A program made the position numbers and the translations under genes. 64,000 nucleotides of DNA from an uncultured delta proteobacterium. Its GTDB lineage: Bacteria > Myxococcota_A > Polyangia > Polyangiales > Polyangiaceae. Numbering within the stretch: the stretch's first letter is position 1; the number at the start of each line of letters is the position of its first letter. Positions 9,457 through 19,422 of the stretch are shown here, piece after piece. Location: assembly GCA_963716725.1 (NCBI GenBank), contig CAVQUB010000014.1, positions 1-64,000 on the forward strand. Reading direction: 5' to 3'. The notes below the pieces were generated by a model. The model searched no databases. It had not been told where the DNA came from and saw nothing but the letters and a program-made list of their open reading frames with translations.

Positions 9457-10827
9457 ATGCGGCTCTCCTTCGAACACGGCACCGTCGTCATCAGCGATCC
9501 TCCCGATCTGGATCTCGGGTTTGCTCCGGGACTGATCTGGGATCCACGCGTCGCGCTCTGGCGCGCGCCGGCTCGCTTCCACTCGGATCTGGTGCGCGCG
9601 CTGCGGGCGAAGAAGCTGCCGCTCTTGGACTCGGTGCGACCGCGCCCTTCGCCGCGCATGGCCGAGTGGGCCCAGCTCGAGCTGAGGCCCTACCAGCAGG
9701 GCGCGCTGCTCGCGTGGACGCTGGCGGATCGCCGGGGCCTGGTGGTGCTGCCCACGGGCGCGGGCAAGACCCGGGTGGCCATCGCGGCGCTGGCGGAGCT
9801 GCGTCTGCCCGCGCTGGTGGTGGTGCCCACCCGCGCGCTGCTCTCGCAGTGGCACGCAGAGCTGAGCCGCGTCTGCCCCGAGCCGGTCGGCATCTGGGGA
9901 GATGGCGAGCGCGTGCACGGCAACGTGACCGTGGCGACCTTCGAGAGCGCGTATCGGTTGATGCCGGAGCACGGCGCGCGCTTCGACGTGGTCGTGGTCG
10001 ACGAGGTGCATCACTTCGGACTCGGCGCGCGCGACGAGCTCTTGGAAATGAGCGTGGCGAAGCACCGCCTCGGCCTGACCGCGACCCCGCCAGACGCGGT
10101 CGCGCTGGCGCGCCTCGATGCGCTGGTGGGCCCGGTGGTCTACGAGCTCGGCCTCGCCAATCTCGCGGGCACCTACCTCGCCGACTTCGATCTGGTGGAG
10201 CTGCGCTTGCCCCTCGATGCCGACGAGCGGCTGCGCTATCAGCGCGATCATCAGCGTTTCGCCGAGGTCTTCCGGGGATTCATCCGCAGCAGCCCCGGCG
10301 CGAGCTGGCAGGACTTCACCAGCGTCGCCATGCAGTCGGCGGAGGGGCGCGCCGCGCTCGCGGCCTGGCGCCGCAGTCGGCGGCTGCTCGGCCTCACGCG
10401 CAAGAAGCTGGCGGCCGTGCACGAGATCCTGGAGCGACACCGGAGCTCGAAGCTGCTGATCTTCACCGCGGACAACGACGCCGCCTACGCCATCTCGAAG
10501 CGCGAGCTGGTGATGCCCATCACCTGTGAGATCCGCCGCAAGGAGCGGGTCCGGGTGCTCTCGGCGTTTCGCGAGGGCACCATCCGCGCCCTGGTCTCGT
10601 CGCGGGTCTTGAACGAGGGGCTCGACGTGCCCGACGCCGATGTCGCGGTGATCGTGGGCGGCACTCAGGGCGAGCGCGAGCACGTGCAGCGCATCGGGCG
10701 CCTCTTGCGACCCGGTCCTGGCAAACGAGCCACGGTCTACGAGCTGGTGAGCGCCGGCACGCGGGAGGTCGCGCAGTCGCGGGAGAGGAGGCGGGGTCTT
10801 GCTGCCGCGAGCGCTGCTCTCGTCTAG
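9457..10827 (+). CDS. SF2 helicase, XPB/Ssl2-like
   Basis: LRPYQ, PTGAGKT, DEVHH, GLTATP, LNEGLDVP, QRIGRLLR. Confidence 0.92.
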   Translation: MRLSFEHGTVVISDPPDLDLGFAPGLIWDPRVALWRAPARFHSDLVRALRAKKLPLLDSVRPRPSPRMAEWAQLELRPYQQGALLAWTLADRRGLVVLPTGAGKTRVAIAALAELRLPALVVVPTRALLSQWHAELSRVCPEPVGIWGDGERVHGNVTVATFESAYRLMPEHGARFDVVVVDEVHHFGLGARDELLEMSVAKHRLGLTATPPDAVALARLDALVGPVVYELGLANLAGTYLADFDLVELRLPLDADERLRYQRDHQRFAEVFRGFIRSSPGASWQDFTSVAMQSAEGRAALAAWRRSRRLLGLTRKKLAAVHEILERHRSSKLLIFTADNDAAYAISKRELVMPITCEIRRKERVRVLSAFREGTIRALVSSRVLNEGLDVPDADVAVIVGGTQGEREHVQRIGRLLRPGPGKRATVYELVSAGTREVAQSRERRRGLAAASAALV

Positions 10828-11968
10828 CGTCGGCCTGCGCGAGGTCGAGGTGGTGCCGCGTTATCTCGGGCCCCGCGATGAGCCCTGGCTGCGCGCGTTG
10901 CTCGACGTGTTTGCCGCCTTCGAAGGCCAGCGCCGGCAAGCGCTGCACGATCGCTTGGCCGAGCCGCTCCCGGTGCGCGCGCCGCGCAGCTCATTGCGGG
11001 CAGCGCGGCACGTGCTCGACCACGTCACGAAGTCGAAGACGACGCTGGCCGTGCCGGCGGAGACCGCGCGGGCCGCGGTCTTCAGCCGGGCCGCGGTCGA
11101 ACCCCATCGCGAGCGGGCGCTGGCGCTGGCCGCCGCGGAGCTCGAGGTCGATCCCGACCGCATCGAGGAGCTGCTCTTCGCGGATCTGCGCTCGTCGGAG
11201 CGCGTGGGGGGCCTGCCGAAGGACCTGTCCCCGGCGGCCTTGGCGCAGCGGGTGAACCTGGCCATCGCCTCGGGCTTGATCCAGCGCGCGCAGTCCGTCC
11301 GCCTCTGCGCCTTTGGCAACACCCGGGCGCTGGTCCGACACGCGCAGCTGGTGGGGCTGATCTGCAATTGCTCGGCGACGGAGGGTGGGGTGGAGCTGCA
11401 GATCTCAGGGCCCTTCGCCTTGTTTCGTCATACGCTGATCTACGGCAAGCGCCTGGCGTCCCTGGTGCCGCGGTTGATGTGGTGCGATCGCTTCGAGCTC
11501 GAGGCGAAGGTCGCTCTCGGTCTCGGACCAGCGCTGCTGACCTACCGGCTGCGCACCGGCGATCCTCTCACCGTGGGGCGCGAGCTCGAGCGCTACGACA
11601 GCGAGGTCGAGGCGCGCTTCGCCCGCGACTTCGCCAAGCTCGCCTCGGACTGGGATTTGGTGCGCGAGCCCGAGCCGGTCCCCCTCGGATCGGGCCGGCT
11701 GATCTTTCCCGACTTCGCGCTGGTTTGCCGCCGCGAGCCGGAGCGGCGTTGGCTCCTCGAGATCGTGGGCTTCTGGACCGAGAGCTACCTGACGGACAAA
11801 CTCGCGCGGCTGCGTGAAGCCCGGATCGATCGGCTGATCCTCTGCGTTGACGCCGCGCGCGCCTGCGACGACGACGCGGTGCCCGAGGGCGCGGAGGTGC
11901 TGCGCTATCAGAAGCGCATCGACGCGAAGCGGGTGCTGGCGCGCATCGAGAGCGCGCGTGAAATCTGA
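10799..11968 (+). CDS. DUF790 family nuclease (Bax1-like)
   Basis: ISGPFALF...YGKRLA, YDSEVEARFA, REPEP, FPDF, LEIVGFWT..YL..KL; overlaps the helicase gene. Confidence 0.88.
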   Translation: MLPRALLSSSVGLREVEVVPRYLGPRDEPWLRALLDVFAAFEGQRRQALHDRLAEPLPVRAPRSSLRAARHVLDHVTKSKTTLAVPAETARAAVFSRAAVEPHRERALALAAAELEVDPDRIEELLFADLRSSERVGGLPKDLSPAALAQRVNLAIASGLIQRAQSVRLCAFGNTRALVRHAQLVGLICNCSATEGGVELQISGPFALFRHTLIYGKRLASLVPRLMWCDRFELEAKVALGLGPALLTYRLRTGDPLTVGRELERYDSEVEARFARDFAKLASDWDLVREPEPVPLGSGRLIFPDFALVCRREPERRWLLEIVGFWTESYLTDKLARLREARIDRLILCVDAARACDDDAVPEGAEVLRYQKRIDAKRVLARIESAREI

Positions 11969-12011
11969 GTCCGCCATGGACCCAGGGTCGCATCGCGGTC
12001 ATACTGCGGGT

Positions 12012-12275
12012 ATGACCCGAGTCGAGAAGATCGCCATCAGCTTGCCTGCGCCGCTGGCGGCGCGGGCGCGGCTTGCGGTGCGGCAGGGGCGAGCGCCCAG
12101 CGTGAGCGCCTACGTGGCCGGCGCGTTGGAACAACGGGTGAAGCTCGACGAGCTCGAGTCGCTGCTTTCCGAGATGCTCGACGAGTCTGGCGGCCCCCTC
12201 ACGGCCGCTGAGGAGCGCCGCCTCGACCGCGAGCTCGGCGTGAGGGCGAAGCCTCGACGAAAGCGGGCTGGGTGA
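12012..12275 (+). CDS. Putative antitoxin (RHH-like)
   Basis: KIAISLP...SVSAYVA; TGATG coupling to the PIN gene. Confidence 0.75.
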   Translation: MTRVEKIAISLPAPLAARARLAVRQGRAPSVSAYVAGALEQRVKLDELESLLSEMLDESGGPLTAAEERRLDRELGVRAKPRRKRAG

Positions 12276-12652
12276 TGGCGGGGCTCACGCTGGATGCGGG
12301 CGCGCTGATCGCGTTCGAGCGCAAGGACCGCCGCGTGGTCGGCTTGCTCGCTCGGGCGTTGGCGCACCGCCAGTCCATTGCCATCCCAGCGGGGGTCGTG
12401 GCTCAGGTGTGGCGATCGGGACGCCGGCAGGTGCTCTTGGCGCGCTTGCTCAGAGCCTCGTGCGTCGAGGTGGTGCCCCTCGACGATTTCGAGTCCAGGC
12501 GAGCCGGGCAGCTCTGCGGGGCTCGCGGCACCCGGGACCTGATCGACGCATCGGTGATGGTTTGCGCGCAGGCACGTCGCCATCGGGTGGTCACCTCCGA
12601 CCCGGAAGATCTCCGCGCGCTGGATCCGAAGGCCGAAATCATCGCGGTCTGA
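12275..12652 (+). CDS. PIN-domain toxin (VapC-like)
   Basis: LTLDAGALIA, DLIDASV, VVTSDPED acidic residues. Confidence 0.85.
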   Translation: MAGLTLDAGALIAFERKDRRVVGLLARALAHRQSIAIPAGVVAQVWRSGRRQVLLARLLRASCVEVVPLDDFESRRAGQLCGARGTRDLIDASVMVCAQARRHRVVTSDPEDLRALDPKAEIIAV

Positions 12653-12661
12653 GGCCACGGG

Positions 12662-12686
12662 GGAACCTTGGCCCCGCCAGCGCGTG
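12662..12686 (+). promoter_or_regulatory. ECF-type promoter, probably autoregulatory
   Basis: GGAAC-N16-CGT directly before the ECF sigma start. Confidence 0.5.
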
Positions 12687-12696
12687 AAACCGGGGG

Positions 12697-13308
12697 ATGA
12701 TGCTGGCGATGGACGTCCCGGGCAGTGCGGCCCCGCCGGCCTCGTCGGGCTCGCCGGCCCGATCCGGTGAGCTCGATGCCGACACGCTCGACCGCGCGCG
12801 AACCGGCGATCCGCTGGCGTTTCGTGCGTTCGTGGTGCGTTACGAGCGGCCGGTCTTCGCGTTGCTCTCGCGCATGATCGGCCGCGGTCAGCAGGTGGAG
12901 GATCTGGCGCAGGAGACCTTTCTCAGAGCCTTCCGCGCGCTGCCCGGCTTCGATCCCCAGGGGCCGGCGCGGGTCTCGACCTGGCTCTTGACCATCGCGA
13001 CCCGCCTCGCCCTCGACGAGAAGCGCCGCTGGCGCCGCCCCGAGCCCGTCGCGCCCGAGCCTGCCAGCGAGCGCGACTCGCCCGAGCGCGTGGCGCGACA
13101 GCACGAGCTACGCGCCGCCCTCGCGCGGGCCATCGAAGCGTTGCCCGAAGATCAGCGCGCGGCCTTCGTGCTGGCCGAGTTCCATGACTTCTCGCTGCAA
13201 GAGATCGGCGAGGCAGTCGGTGCGCCTGTGGGCACGATCAAGACGCGGTTGTTTCGCGCGCGCGACAAGCTCGCCCGCGCACTCGACGAGTTCAAGGAGG
13301 AGCGCTGA
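12697..13308 (+). CDS. ECF RNA polymerase sigma factor
   Basis: DLAQETFLRAF, TWLLTIA, EIGEAVGAPVGTIKTRLFRAR. Confidence 0.93.
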   Translation: MMLAMDVPGSAAPPASSGSPARSGELDADTLDRARTGDPLAFRAFVVRYERPVFALLSRMIGRGQQVEDLAQETFLRAFRALPGFDPQGPARVSTWLLTIATRLALDEKRRWRRPEPVAPEPASERDSPERVARQHELRAALARAIEALPEDQRAAFVLAEFHDFSLQEIGEAVGAPVGTIKTRLFRARDKLARALDEFKEER

Positions 13309-14672
13309 TGGACCGCCGATTGCTCGAGAGCGCGTGGCCGGCAGACGAGCCGCCGCAGGGGTTCGCGGAGCGGGTCGTGGCGCACACGACCGCGACCGCG
13401 AAGAAGCGGGCCCCGCGTGCGAAGGTTTGGGTGGCAGCCTTCACGGTGGTGGCAGCGGCGGCCATCGCCCTCTTGTGGCTCATGCCCGGCGCGCCGAGCA
13501 GCGGTTCACACCTCGCGCACGAACGCGTCGAGTTGCAGCTCGGGCGGCGCGCCACCGCGGTGCTCGAGAGCGGCGCCAAGATCAGCTGGCGCGGAGCCAT
13601 GATCGAGCAGAGCGAGGGCGATGTTTTCTATCGGGTGGAACCTGGCGGCGCCTTCGTCGTGAAAACTCCTGCGGGCGACGTGAGCGTGCTCGGAACTTGT
13701 TTCCGAGTGCGGGTGGGCGCGCTGGCCGCGAAAGGAGCGCAGGAGATGAAACGCAAAGACGTGGCGGTGGCAGCGGGCAGCGCGGCCCTGGCGGCGATGG
13801 CCGTGGTGACGGTGTACGAGGGCAAGGTGCAGCTCTCGCACGCGGGGCAGCGAGTGACGCTTGGCGCCGGAGAGTCGGGCAAGGTGGGGCCGGCGGGCAC
13901 GAGCAAGGTGTCGCCCGACGAGCTGGCCGAGGCCGAGCGCAGCCTGAGCGGCCCCGAGGGCGGCGCGCTGGCGGCGGCCAACGAGAACCTCTCGAAGGAC
14001 ATCGCGGACTTGAACAAGCGCCTGGGTTCCATCGAGAAGGAGAAGTCGCGTCTCGAGGAGCAGCTGTCGACCGCGGAGCACGAACTGGCGAAGCGTACGG
14101 ATGGCGGCGCCGCGCGGGGGCGACATGAGTTCGATCTCGATACGCAGGATTGGAGCGAGCTCGCGAAGGACGGCACCATCAAGTACCGCCACCCCTGCTT
14201 CAAGCCCAACGGCTGGACGCCTGGTCCCGAGCGGATGGAAAAGCTCGGGCTCGCGCCGGACGACATCGAGCCCATCGAGTCGGCCTACAAACGATCCTAC
14301 GAGCGTCTGTGGAAGACGCTGCGGCCGCTCTGCGCCAAGTTCATCGGCAACGCGGATGTCGTCGAGGGGCTTGGTCCCGACATTTGCACCCACGTGGTGG
14401 TCGATGCGATGCGAAAGAAGGACAGCGCGGCGGTGAGCGAGGCGATGCGACAGGTCGCTGAGATCCGCGCCGGACAGCGCCCGGCTCCCGTCGCGGGCAA
14501 AGAACAGAACCCGGTCTTCGATCTGTTCTACGCGCTCACCGGAGAGATGGGTGCCTTCGAGTCGGAGTTGGCGCAGACCTTCGGTCCGGAAGACGCCAAG
14601 CGCCTGGCGTATTCGAAGGAGATCTGCGCGGGCCACAGCACCTTTGGGGGACCGGGCCCGCGGGAGAAGTGA
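13308..14672 (+). CDS. FecR-like anti-sigma factor with coiled-coil C-terminal region
   Basis: Coupled to the sigma gene; TM helix; FVVKTPAGDVSVLGTCFRV and VTVYEGKV FecR motifs. Confidence 0.8.
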   Translation: MDRRLLESAWPADEPPQGFAERVVAHTTATAKKRAPRAKVWVAAFTVVAAAAIALLWLMPGAPSSGSHLAHERVELQLGRRATAVLESGAKISWRGAMIEQSEGDVFYRVEPGGAFVVKTPAGDVSVLGTCFRVRVGALAAKGAQEMKRKDVAVAAGSAALAAMAVVTVYEGKVQLSHAGQRVTLGAGESGKVGPAGTSKVSPDELAEAERSLSGPEGGALAAANENLSKDIADLNKRLGSIEKEKSRLEEQLSTAEHELAKRTDGGAARGRHEFDLDTQDWSELAKDGTIKYRHPCFKPNGWTPGPERMEKLGLAPDDIEPIESAYKRSYERLWKTLRPLCAKFIGNADVVEGLGPDICTHVVVDAMRKKDSAAVSEAMRQVAEIRAGQRPAPVAGKEQNPVFDLFYALTGEMGAFESELAQTFGPEDAKRLAYSKEICAGHSTFGGPGPREK

Positions 14673-14789
14673 GCTAATAGTCCTCCCCGCGCGGCTGGAG
14701 TAGAACGCTTGCGGTACAGTCATGGCTCGAATCTGTCCCTCGCCTCGGCGGAGCTCGCTTCGGCGGACAAGATCCGGGAGGATCTACCG

Positions 14790-16040
14790 ATGAAGCGCCT
14801 CGCGTTCACCCTCACGTCGATCGTGGTCCTCGTTCTAGGTGCTTGCTCGTCGTCGAGCGGCGGCGGCGGCGCCGGCAGCAGCTGTCAGTCCTTCTGCAGC
14901 CACCTGCAGACCGGGTCGAACTGCGAAAAGCTCGATCTCGCCGACTGCGCTTCGAAGTGCGAAGCAAAGCTCTCGAGCTGCCCGGCGCGGGGGCCGGCGT
15001 TTCTGTCGTGCCTCTCGACGCTCCCGTACACTTGCACCGTTCCGGGCTACGCGGTGTCAGGTGCACAGGGTCAGGCGCTGCCCAGCCCCGTCTTCGTCGA
15101 CGTCGTGGACGGCACACTCGAACTCCATGACGCCACCTGCGCGGCGCGCGCCGAGGAGTTCAACACCTGCGCGCCGATCGGCAACGGCGGCAGCGGCGGC
15201 AACGGCGGCAGCGGCGGCAACGGCGGCAGCGGCGGCAACGGCGGCAGTTTCGGGGGAGCTGGCGGTTTCGCCGGATCTGGCGGCGTCACCGGTGGAAACG
15301 GCGGCGGTGGCGCTGGCGCTGGGGGCGCCGGCGGCAGCGGTGGAAACACCTGCACTTCGGCGTTCCCCCACTGGTGCCCGCTGAGCGGGACGTGCTGGGC
15401 CAAAGACCCGGATTGCAGCACCGCGACCAAGTGCGGAGGGGACTGGGTCGTCTGCTCCGCGGCCCACGGCGCCCAAGGGTACGTGGTCGACTGCAAGTGG
15501 AAGACGTGTGTGGCGACGCCGACGAGCTGCACGCAGTCCAGCTATCCGGTCTTTTGCCCGACCCGCCACGGTGCGGCGCCGGAGTGCTACTCCCCCGGCA
15601 CCGCATGCTCGACGGTCGTCTACTGCGACGGCGTCGGTGCGAAGTCCTGCAAGCAGCCGAATCAGGCCGTCGACTGCGCGAACAACGTGTGCCTGACGCC
15701 GAAATCCGCCGAGTCGTCGGATGCGGCGTGCAGCAACAACGTCGATGACGACGGAAACGGTTTCATCGACTGCATGGACTTCCACTGCCTGGCAAACCCT
15801 TCCGTCACGGTGTGCAAAGGCGAGACCGATGACCTGGCGTGCAGCAATAAGCTGGACGATGACGGGAATGGGTTCACCGACTGCAAGGACTACTCGTGTC
15901 AGATCAGTCCTTCCGTCACCAAGTGCGCGGCGGAGCGCACGGACGCCGAGTGCCACGACGGAGTCGACAACGACGCCGACGGCAAGATCGACTGCGCGGA
16001 CACGTCGTGTTTGGGCAACCCGTTCACGACCTGTCCGTGA
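14790..16040 (+). CDS. Cys/Gly-rich lipoprotein with three C-x-N/D-x-x-D-D-D-G-N-G-x-x-D-C-x-D repeats
   Basis: RBS ggagg, lipobox LGAC, NGGSGG repeats, Ca-binding-like repeats. Confidence 0.8.
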   Translation: MKRLAFTLTSIVVLVLGACSSSSGGGGAGSSCQSFCSHLQTGSNCEKLDLADCASKCEAKLSSCPARGPAFLSCLSTLPYTCTVPGYAVSGAQGQALPSPVFVDVVDGTLELHDATCAARAEEFNTCAPIGNGGSGGNGGSGGNGGSGGNGGSFGGAGGFAGSGGVTGGNGGGGAGAGGAGGSGGNTCTSAFPHWCPLSGTCWAKDPDCSTATKCGGDWVVCSAAHGAQGYVVDCKWKTCVATPTSCTQSSYPVFCPTRHGAAPECYSPGTACSTVVYCDGVGAKSCKQPNQAVDCANNVCLTPKSAESSDAACSNNVDDDGNGFIDCMDFHCLANPSVTVCKGETDDLACSNKLDDDGNGFTDCKDYSCQISPSVTKCAAERTDAECHDGVDNDADGKIDCADTSCLGNPFTTCP

Positions 16041-16059
16041 GCCGATGCCGCGAGCCACC

Positions 16060-16633
16060 CAGTGGACCGCGGCGCTCGGTTCGCGCCGCGCCTTTGTCGC
16101 CGCCGGACGTCAGCGCACGCGCCGACCGCTCGGAGCCCTTGGTTGCCGAGTTCTGAGCGGTGTAGGCTGCGCTCATGGGGGCCGCCGCCAGCGCCGCGCG
16201 CAGGCGACCGACGGTGTATTCGGCGGATGTCGAGCTGAAAGGGAGAGAAAGCAGCGGGACGAGCTGGGGTCGGATCGAAGGGCGAGAGGACCCCGTCGGA
16301 GACGTGCGTGAGCGACGGCTCGCCCACCACGGCGAACCCACCCGCGATGCAGGTCGCGCCGTCGGGCGCCGCGGACGCGCAGGGCGCCTCCCGGGCTCGG
16401 CCCCAGGTGCCGACCTCGGTCACGGGCACGCCGCCGTCGAGGGCTTCGACGCCCTCGGTGGTGAGCACGCTTTCGCTGCCCTTGCGACGGCAGGTGCGCG
16501 CGGGATCCGCGAAGGTCGACGGGACGCCCATGCAGTCCCCGCGCAACACGGCGCGAACGCGGCGAACACCTTCGGTCGGAAATCCGAGATCCATGACCCG
16601 GCTCACGCTCAGCGCATCGACCGGCTCGAGCAC
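16060..16633 (-). pseudogene. Fragment of a SUMF1/formylglycine-generating-enzyme domain protein
   Basis: CIAGGFAVVGE...FSPFQLD then, after a frame change, AEYTVGRLR. No signal peptide and no downstream RLPTEAEWE part. Confidence 0.55.
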
Positions 16634-16647
16634 GCTCGCAGGTCCGC

Positions 16648-18093
16648 TCAGAAGGGCGCTTCGACGGCGACGCCGCCTAGGGCAGGGCCTGCCGTCGCCG
16701 GCTTGCCGGAGGGAGCTGGCGTCGCGCTCGGTGGTGGCGGCGCGTTGGCTGAGGGCTCTGCCTTGGTCGGCTTGGCGCCGGCGCGCGTGGTCTTTTGGGC
16801 TGGCTCGGAGACAGGCGCCGCGTCGGCCAAGGCCGCGGGCTCGAGGGCAGCGCTACCGGGACCTGCCATGGGCGCCGCCTGAATGGCCGGAGCTGCGCTG
16901 TCGACGGGCGTGGCCGAGGCTTGCTCCGTGCTCGCTGCCGGCTCCGGTGTGGTGCCGCTCCGCACACCGACGACTATCCCGAGCACGGCAATGAGCGCCA
17001 CGCCACCGGCGACGAACGGCCACGCGGGCACGCGTCGGATCGGGACGACGGGGGAGTCGTGGGTGGTGGAAAAGGCACCCGCGGTCCGAGGCGGGCCCAC
17101 CGCAGCATCGCTGGGATTGGCGGGAGTGAGGGCGTGGGCAACGCCGCTTGGGATCTCGCTTGCCCCCGGCGCCAGCAGCGACTCCCGCGGAAATGCTTGG
17201 ACCTCGGAGAACGACTGCGCGAGCTGGTTCGTGAACCGACCGAGCACCTCGAACGCGGGCTTCAAGTCCGCGAGCCTGGCGTTGCGATCCGTCTTCAGCA
17301 TGTCGCCTATCAAGCTGCGCATGGCCTGGGGCAAATCTGGCGCGACGGTATCGATGGGCGGAATCGAGCCGGTGGCGATGATCTTGAGTAGTTGGCCGAG
17401 ATTCTCGCCGTCCACCGGCCTCACACCGGCCAGTGCCTCGTACAAGATGACCCCGACTGCCCAGACGTCCGCTCGCGCGTCGACGTCCTTCTCGCCGAAG
17501 ACCTGCTCCGGCGACATGTAGTAGGGCGTGCCGAGCATCGCGCCGGTGCGCGTGAGCTCCGCGGACTGGGCGGCTTCGGGGCGTTTGGTATCGAGTTTGG
17601 CGATGCCAAAGTCCAGGACCTTTGGCGACATCTGGCCTTCTTGCATGCGCGCCAGGAAGATATTGTCCGGCTTCAGGTCACGGTGAACGATGCCCGCGGC
17701 GTGCGCGGAGCCGACGGCCGAGATCACGGGAAGCATGATCGTCGCCAGCTCGGGCAAGGCGATTCGCCTCTCCCGCTCGAGCTTCTGCGCCAACGACTCT
17801 CCAGCCAAGAGATCCATCACCATGACGGGTGAGCTGTCATCCTGAAGGAAGATGTCGTGCACTCGGATCACGTTCGGGTGATTGACCGAGGTGGCCGCTC
17901 GGGCCTCGCGCATGAAGCGGCGCACCGCGCCCGCATGTTGCACTGCCTCGGGCTTGAGAAACTTGAGCGCAACCTGGCTGCGGGTGAGCGTGTGCGTCGC
18001 AGCCCACACGGATCCCATGCCGCCTTCGCCGATCAGGCGCTCCAGGTGGTACCGGCCGCCGATGACCACCCCTGGACACAGGTCCACCGTCAT
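16648..18093 (-). CDS. Membrane-anchored Hanks-type Ser/Thr protein kinase
   Basis: IGEGGMGSV, HRDLKPDN, DFG, GTPYYMSPE, TM helix. Confidence 0.96.
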   Translation of the reverse strand: MTVDLCPGVVIGGRYHLERLIGEGGMGSVWAATHTLTRSQVALKFLKPEAVQHAGAVRRFMREARAATSVNHPNVIRVHDIFLQDDSSPVMVMDLLAGESLAQKLERERRIALPELATIMLPVISAVGSAHAAGIVHRDLKPDNIFLARMQEGQMSPKVLDFGIAKLDTKRPEAAQSAELTRTGAMLGTPYYMSPEQVFGEKDVDARADVWAVGVILYEALAGVRPVDGENLGQLLKIIATGSIPPIDTVAPDLPQAMRSLIGDMLKTDRNARLADLKPAFEVLGRFTNQLAQSFSEVQAFPRESLLAPGASEIPSGVAHALTPANPSDAAVGPPRTAGAFSTTHDSPVVPIRRVPAWPFVAGGVALIAVLGIVVGVRSGTTPEPAASTEQASATPVDSAAPAIQAAPMAGPGSAALEPAALADAAPVSEPAQKTTRAGAKPTKAEPSANAPPPPSATPAPSGKPATAGPALGGVAVEAPF

Positions 18094-18140
18094 CGCCGTT
18101 GAGGGTACTCGCGGCGTGGACAGGTGGCGAGCGCCTCCAT

Positions 18141-19205
18141 CTAAAACCGGAGGCCTTGCGGCTTTGCGACCCACCCGGTGCTGCCACCTTCATAAGGGGG
18201 GACTTCGGGGTCTGGTCGCGTGAGCGCGTAGGTCAGCACGACGCCGCCGACGAGCACAGCGCCCGCGCCGGCCCAGAACCACCAACGCTTGGTGACCGGG
18301 ACCTGCTCTTCCGAGAGCCGCGCCTTGAAGTTGGATTCTTCACCGGCGCTGACGACCAGCACGGTCTCGGAGTCATCGTAGCCGGACTTGCGAACCAGCA
18401 CCTTGTGGGTTCCCGCGGGGCGCAGGACGTCCACCGGGACCGGTCCCACGTCTTGGCCGTTCACACTCACCAGCGCGTATGGAACGTTGGCGGAGACCCG
18501 GAGGGTGGCCGGCAGCTTCGAGAGTTCGAGCGTCAGCGGCGGTTGCCTGCCCGGAGCGAAGGTCTTGTTCACGACCACGTCGGCGAAGCCCTTGCGGCTC
18601 AGCGTGAGGACGTGAACGCCGGCGTCGAGCACGAGATCGATCTCTGCGGCCGGTGCCAGTTTGCCTTTTCCGGGCGGCAAGACCCCGGCGACGAGGGTCG
18701 GACGCTTGCTCGGCCTCTGGTCGAGTTCGAGCGGACGACCGTCGACGGAGATGGTGACCTGCGCCGGTCGGAGCGAAACGCTCACGACCGAGAGCAGGTT
18801 CGACTCGATTTGATCGATGAACCCCTTGGCGTCGGCGGCCAGATTGGGTGGCAGCTCCGCTCCGGGCCGCTGCTCCGCGAGCGCACGTCTGAGCGACTTA
18901 CGAGCCAGCGCGTAGTGACTCATGGCCCGCTGACACGCGCCGATGTTGAAGGTCGTGACGGGATGCGGGCGGTCGACGGCGGAAGCCTCGAAGGCCGAGA
19001 GTGCATCGCCCCAGCGCGCGGCTTGAACCAGCTCGACCCCGCGTTGGAACTGCTCACGAGCGCGCGTCGTGCTTGCGTCTTCCGCTGCGGGCGCGTCGTG
19101 CGAGCCTGGCGCCGGCGCAGGCGGATCTGCGCGGCTCGCGCCGGTCGCGCACGTCAGCGCCAAGAGCGCTGCGAAACTTTTCAGCCTATAGCTGCGACCC
19201 GCCAT
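18141..19205 (-). CDS. TPR + PEGA domain membrane protein
   Basis: Signal peptide, TPR-like helix pair, two PEGA-like segments, KRWWFWAG TM anchor. Confidence 0.85.
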   Translation of the reverse strand: MAGRSYRLKSFAALLALTCATGASRADPPAPAPGSHDAPAAEDASTTRAREQFQRGVELVQAARWGDALSAFEASAVDRPHPVTTFNIGACQRAMSHYALARKSLRRALAEQRPGAELPPNLAADAKGFIDQIESNLLSVVSVSLRPAQVTISVDGRPLELDQRPSKRPTLVAGVLPPGKGKLAPAAEIDLVLDAGVHVLTLSRKGFADVVVNKTFAPGRQPPLTLELSKLPATLRVSANVPYALVSVNGQDVGPVPVDVLRPAGTHKVLVRKSGYDDSETVLVVSAGEESNFKARLSEEQVPVTKRWWFWAGAGAVLVGGVVLTYALTRPDPEVPPYEGGSTGWVAKPQGLRF

Positions 19206-19422
19206 TCTGACCCCCAGCCAATGCCAAGCGCGAAGCGCACCGTCGCACGAAATGCGCCTCGATACGAGTTCGATCTGTCGCAGGTTCCTCCGCGGAGCCG
19301 CGATATCGCCGCCCGACTGCCGGGTCCCGAGAGCTCGCGCCTCCGCCACCGTCCGATTGCGTGCTCGCCGCCGCGGTGCTCTCAGCCGCCGCAGACCGAC
19401 CGCGAAATCTGCCTGGAAGTGC

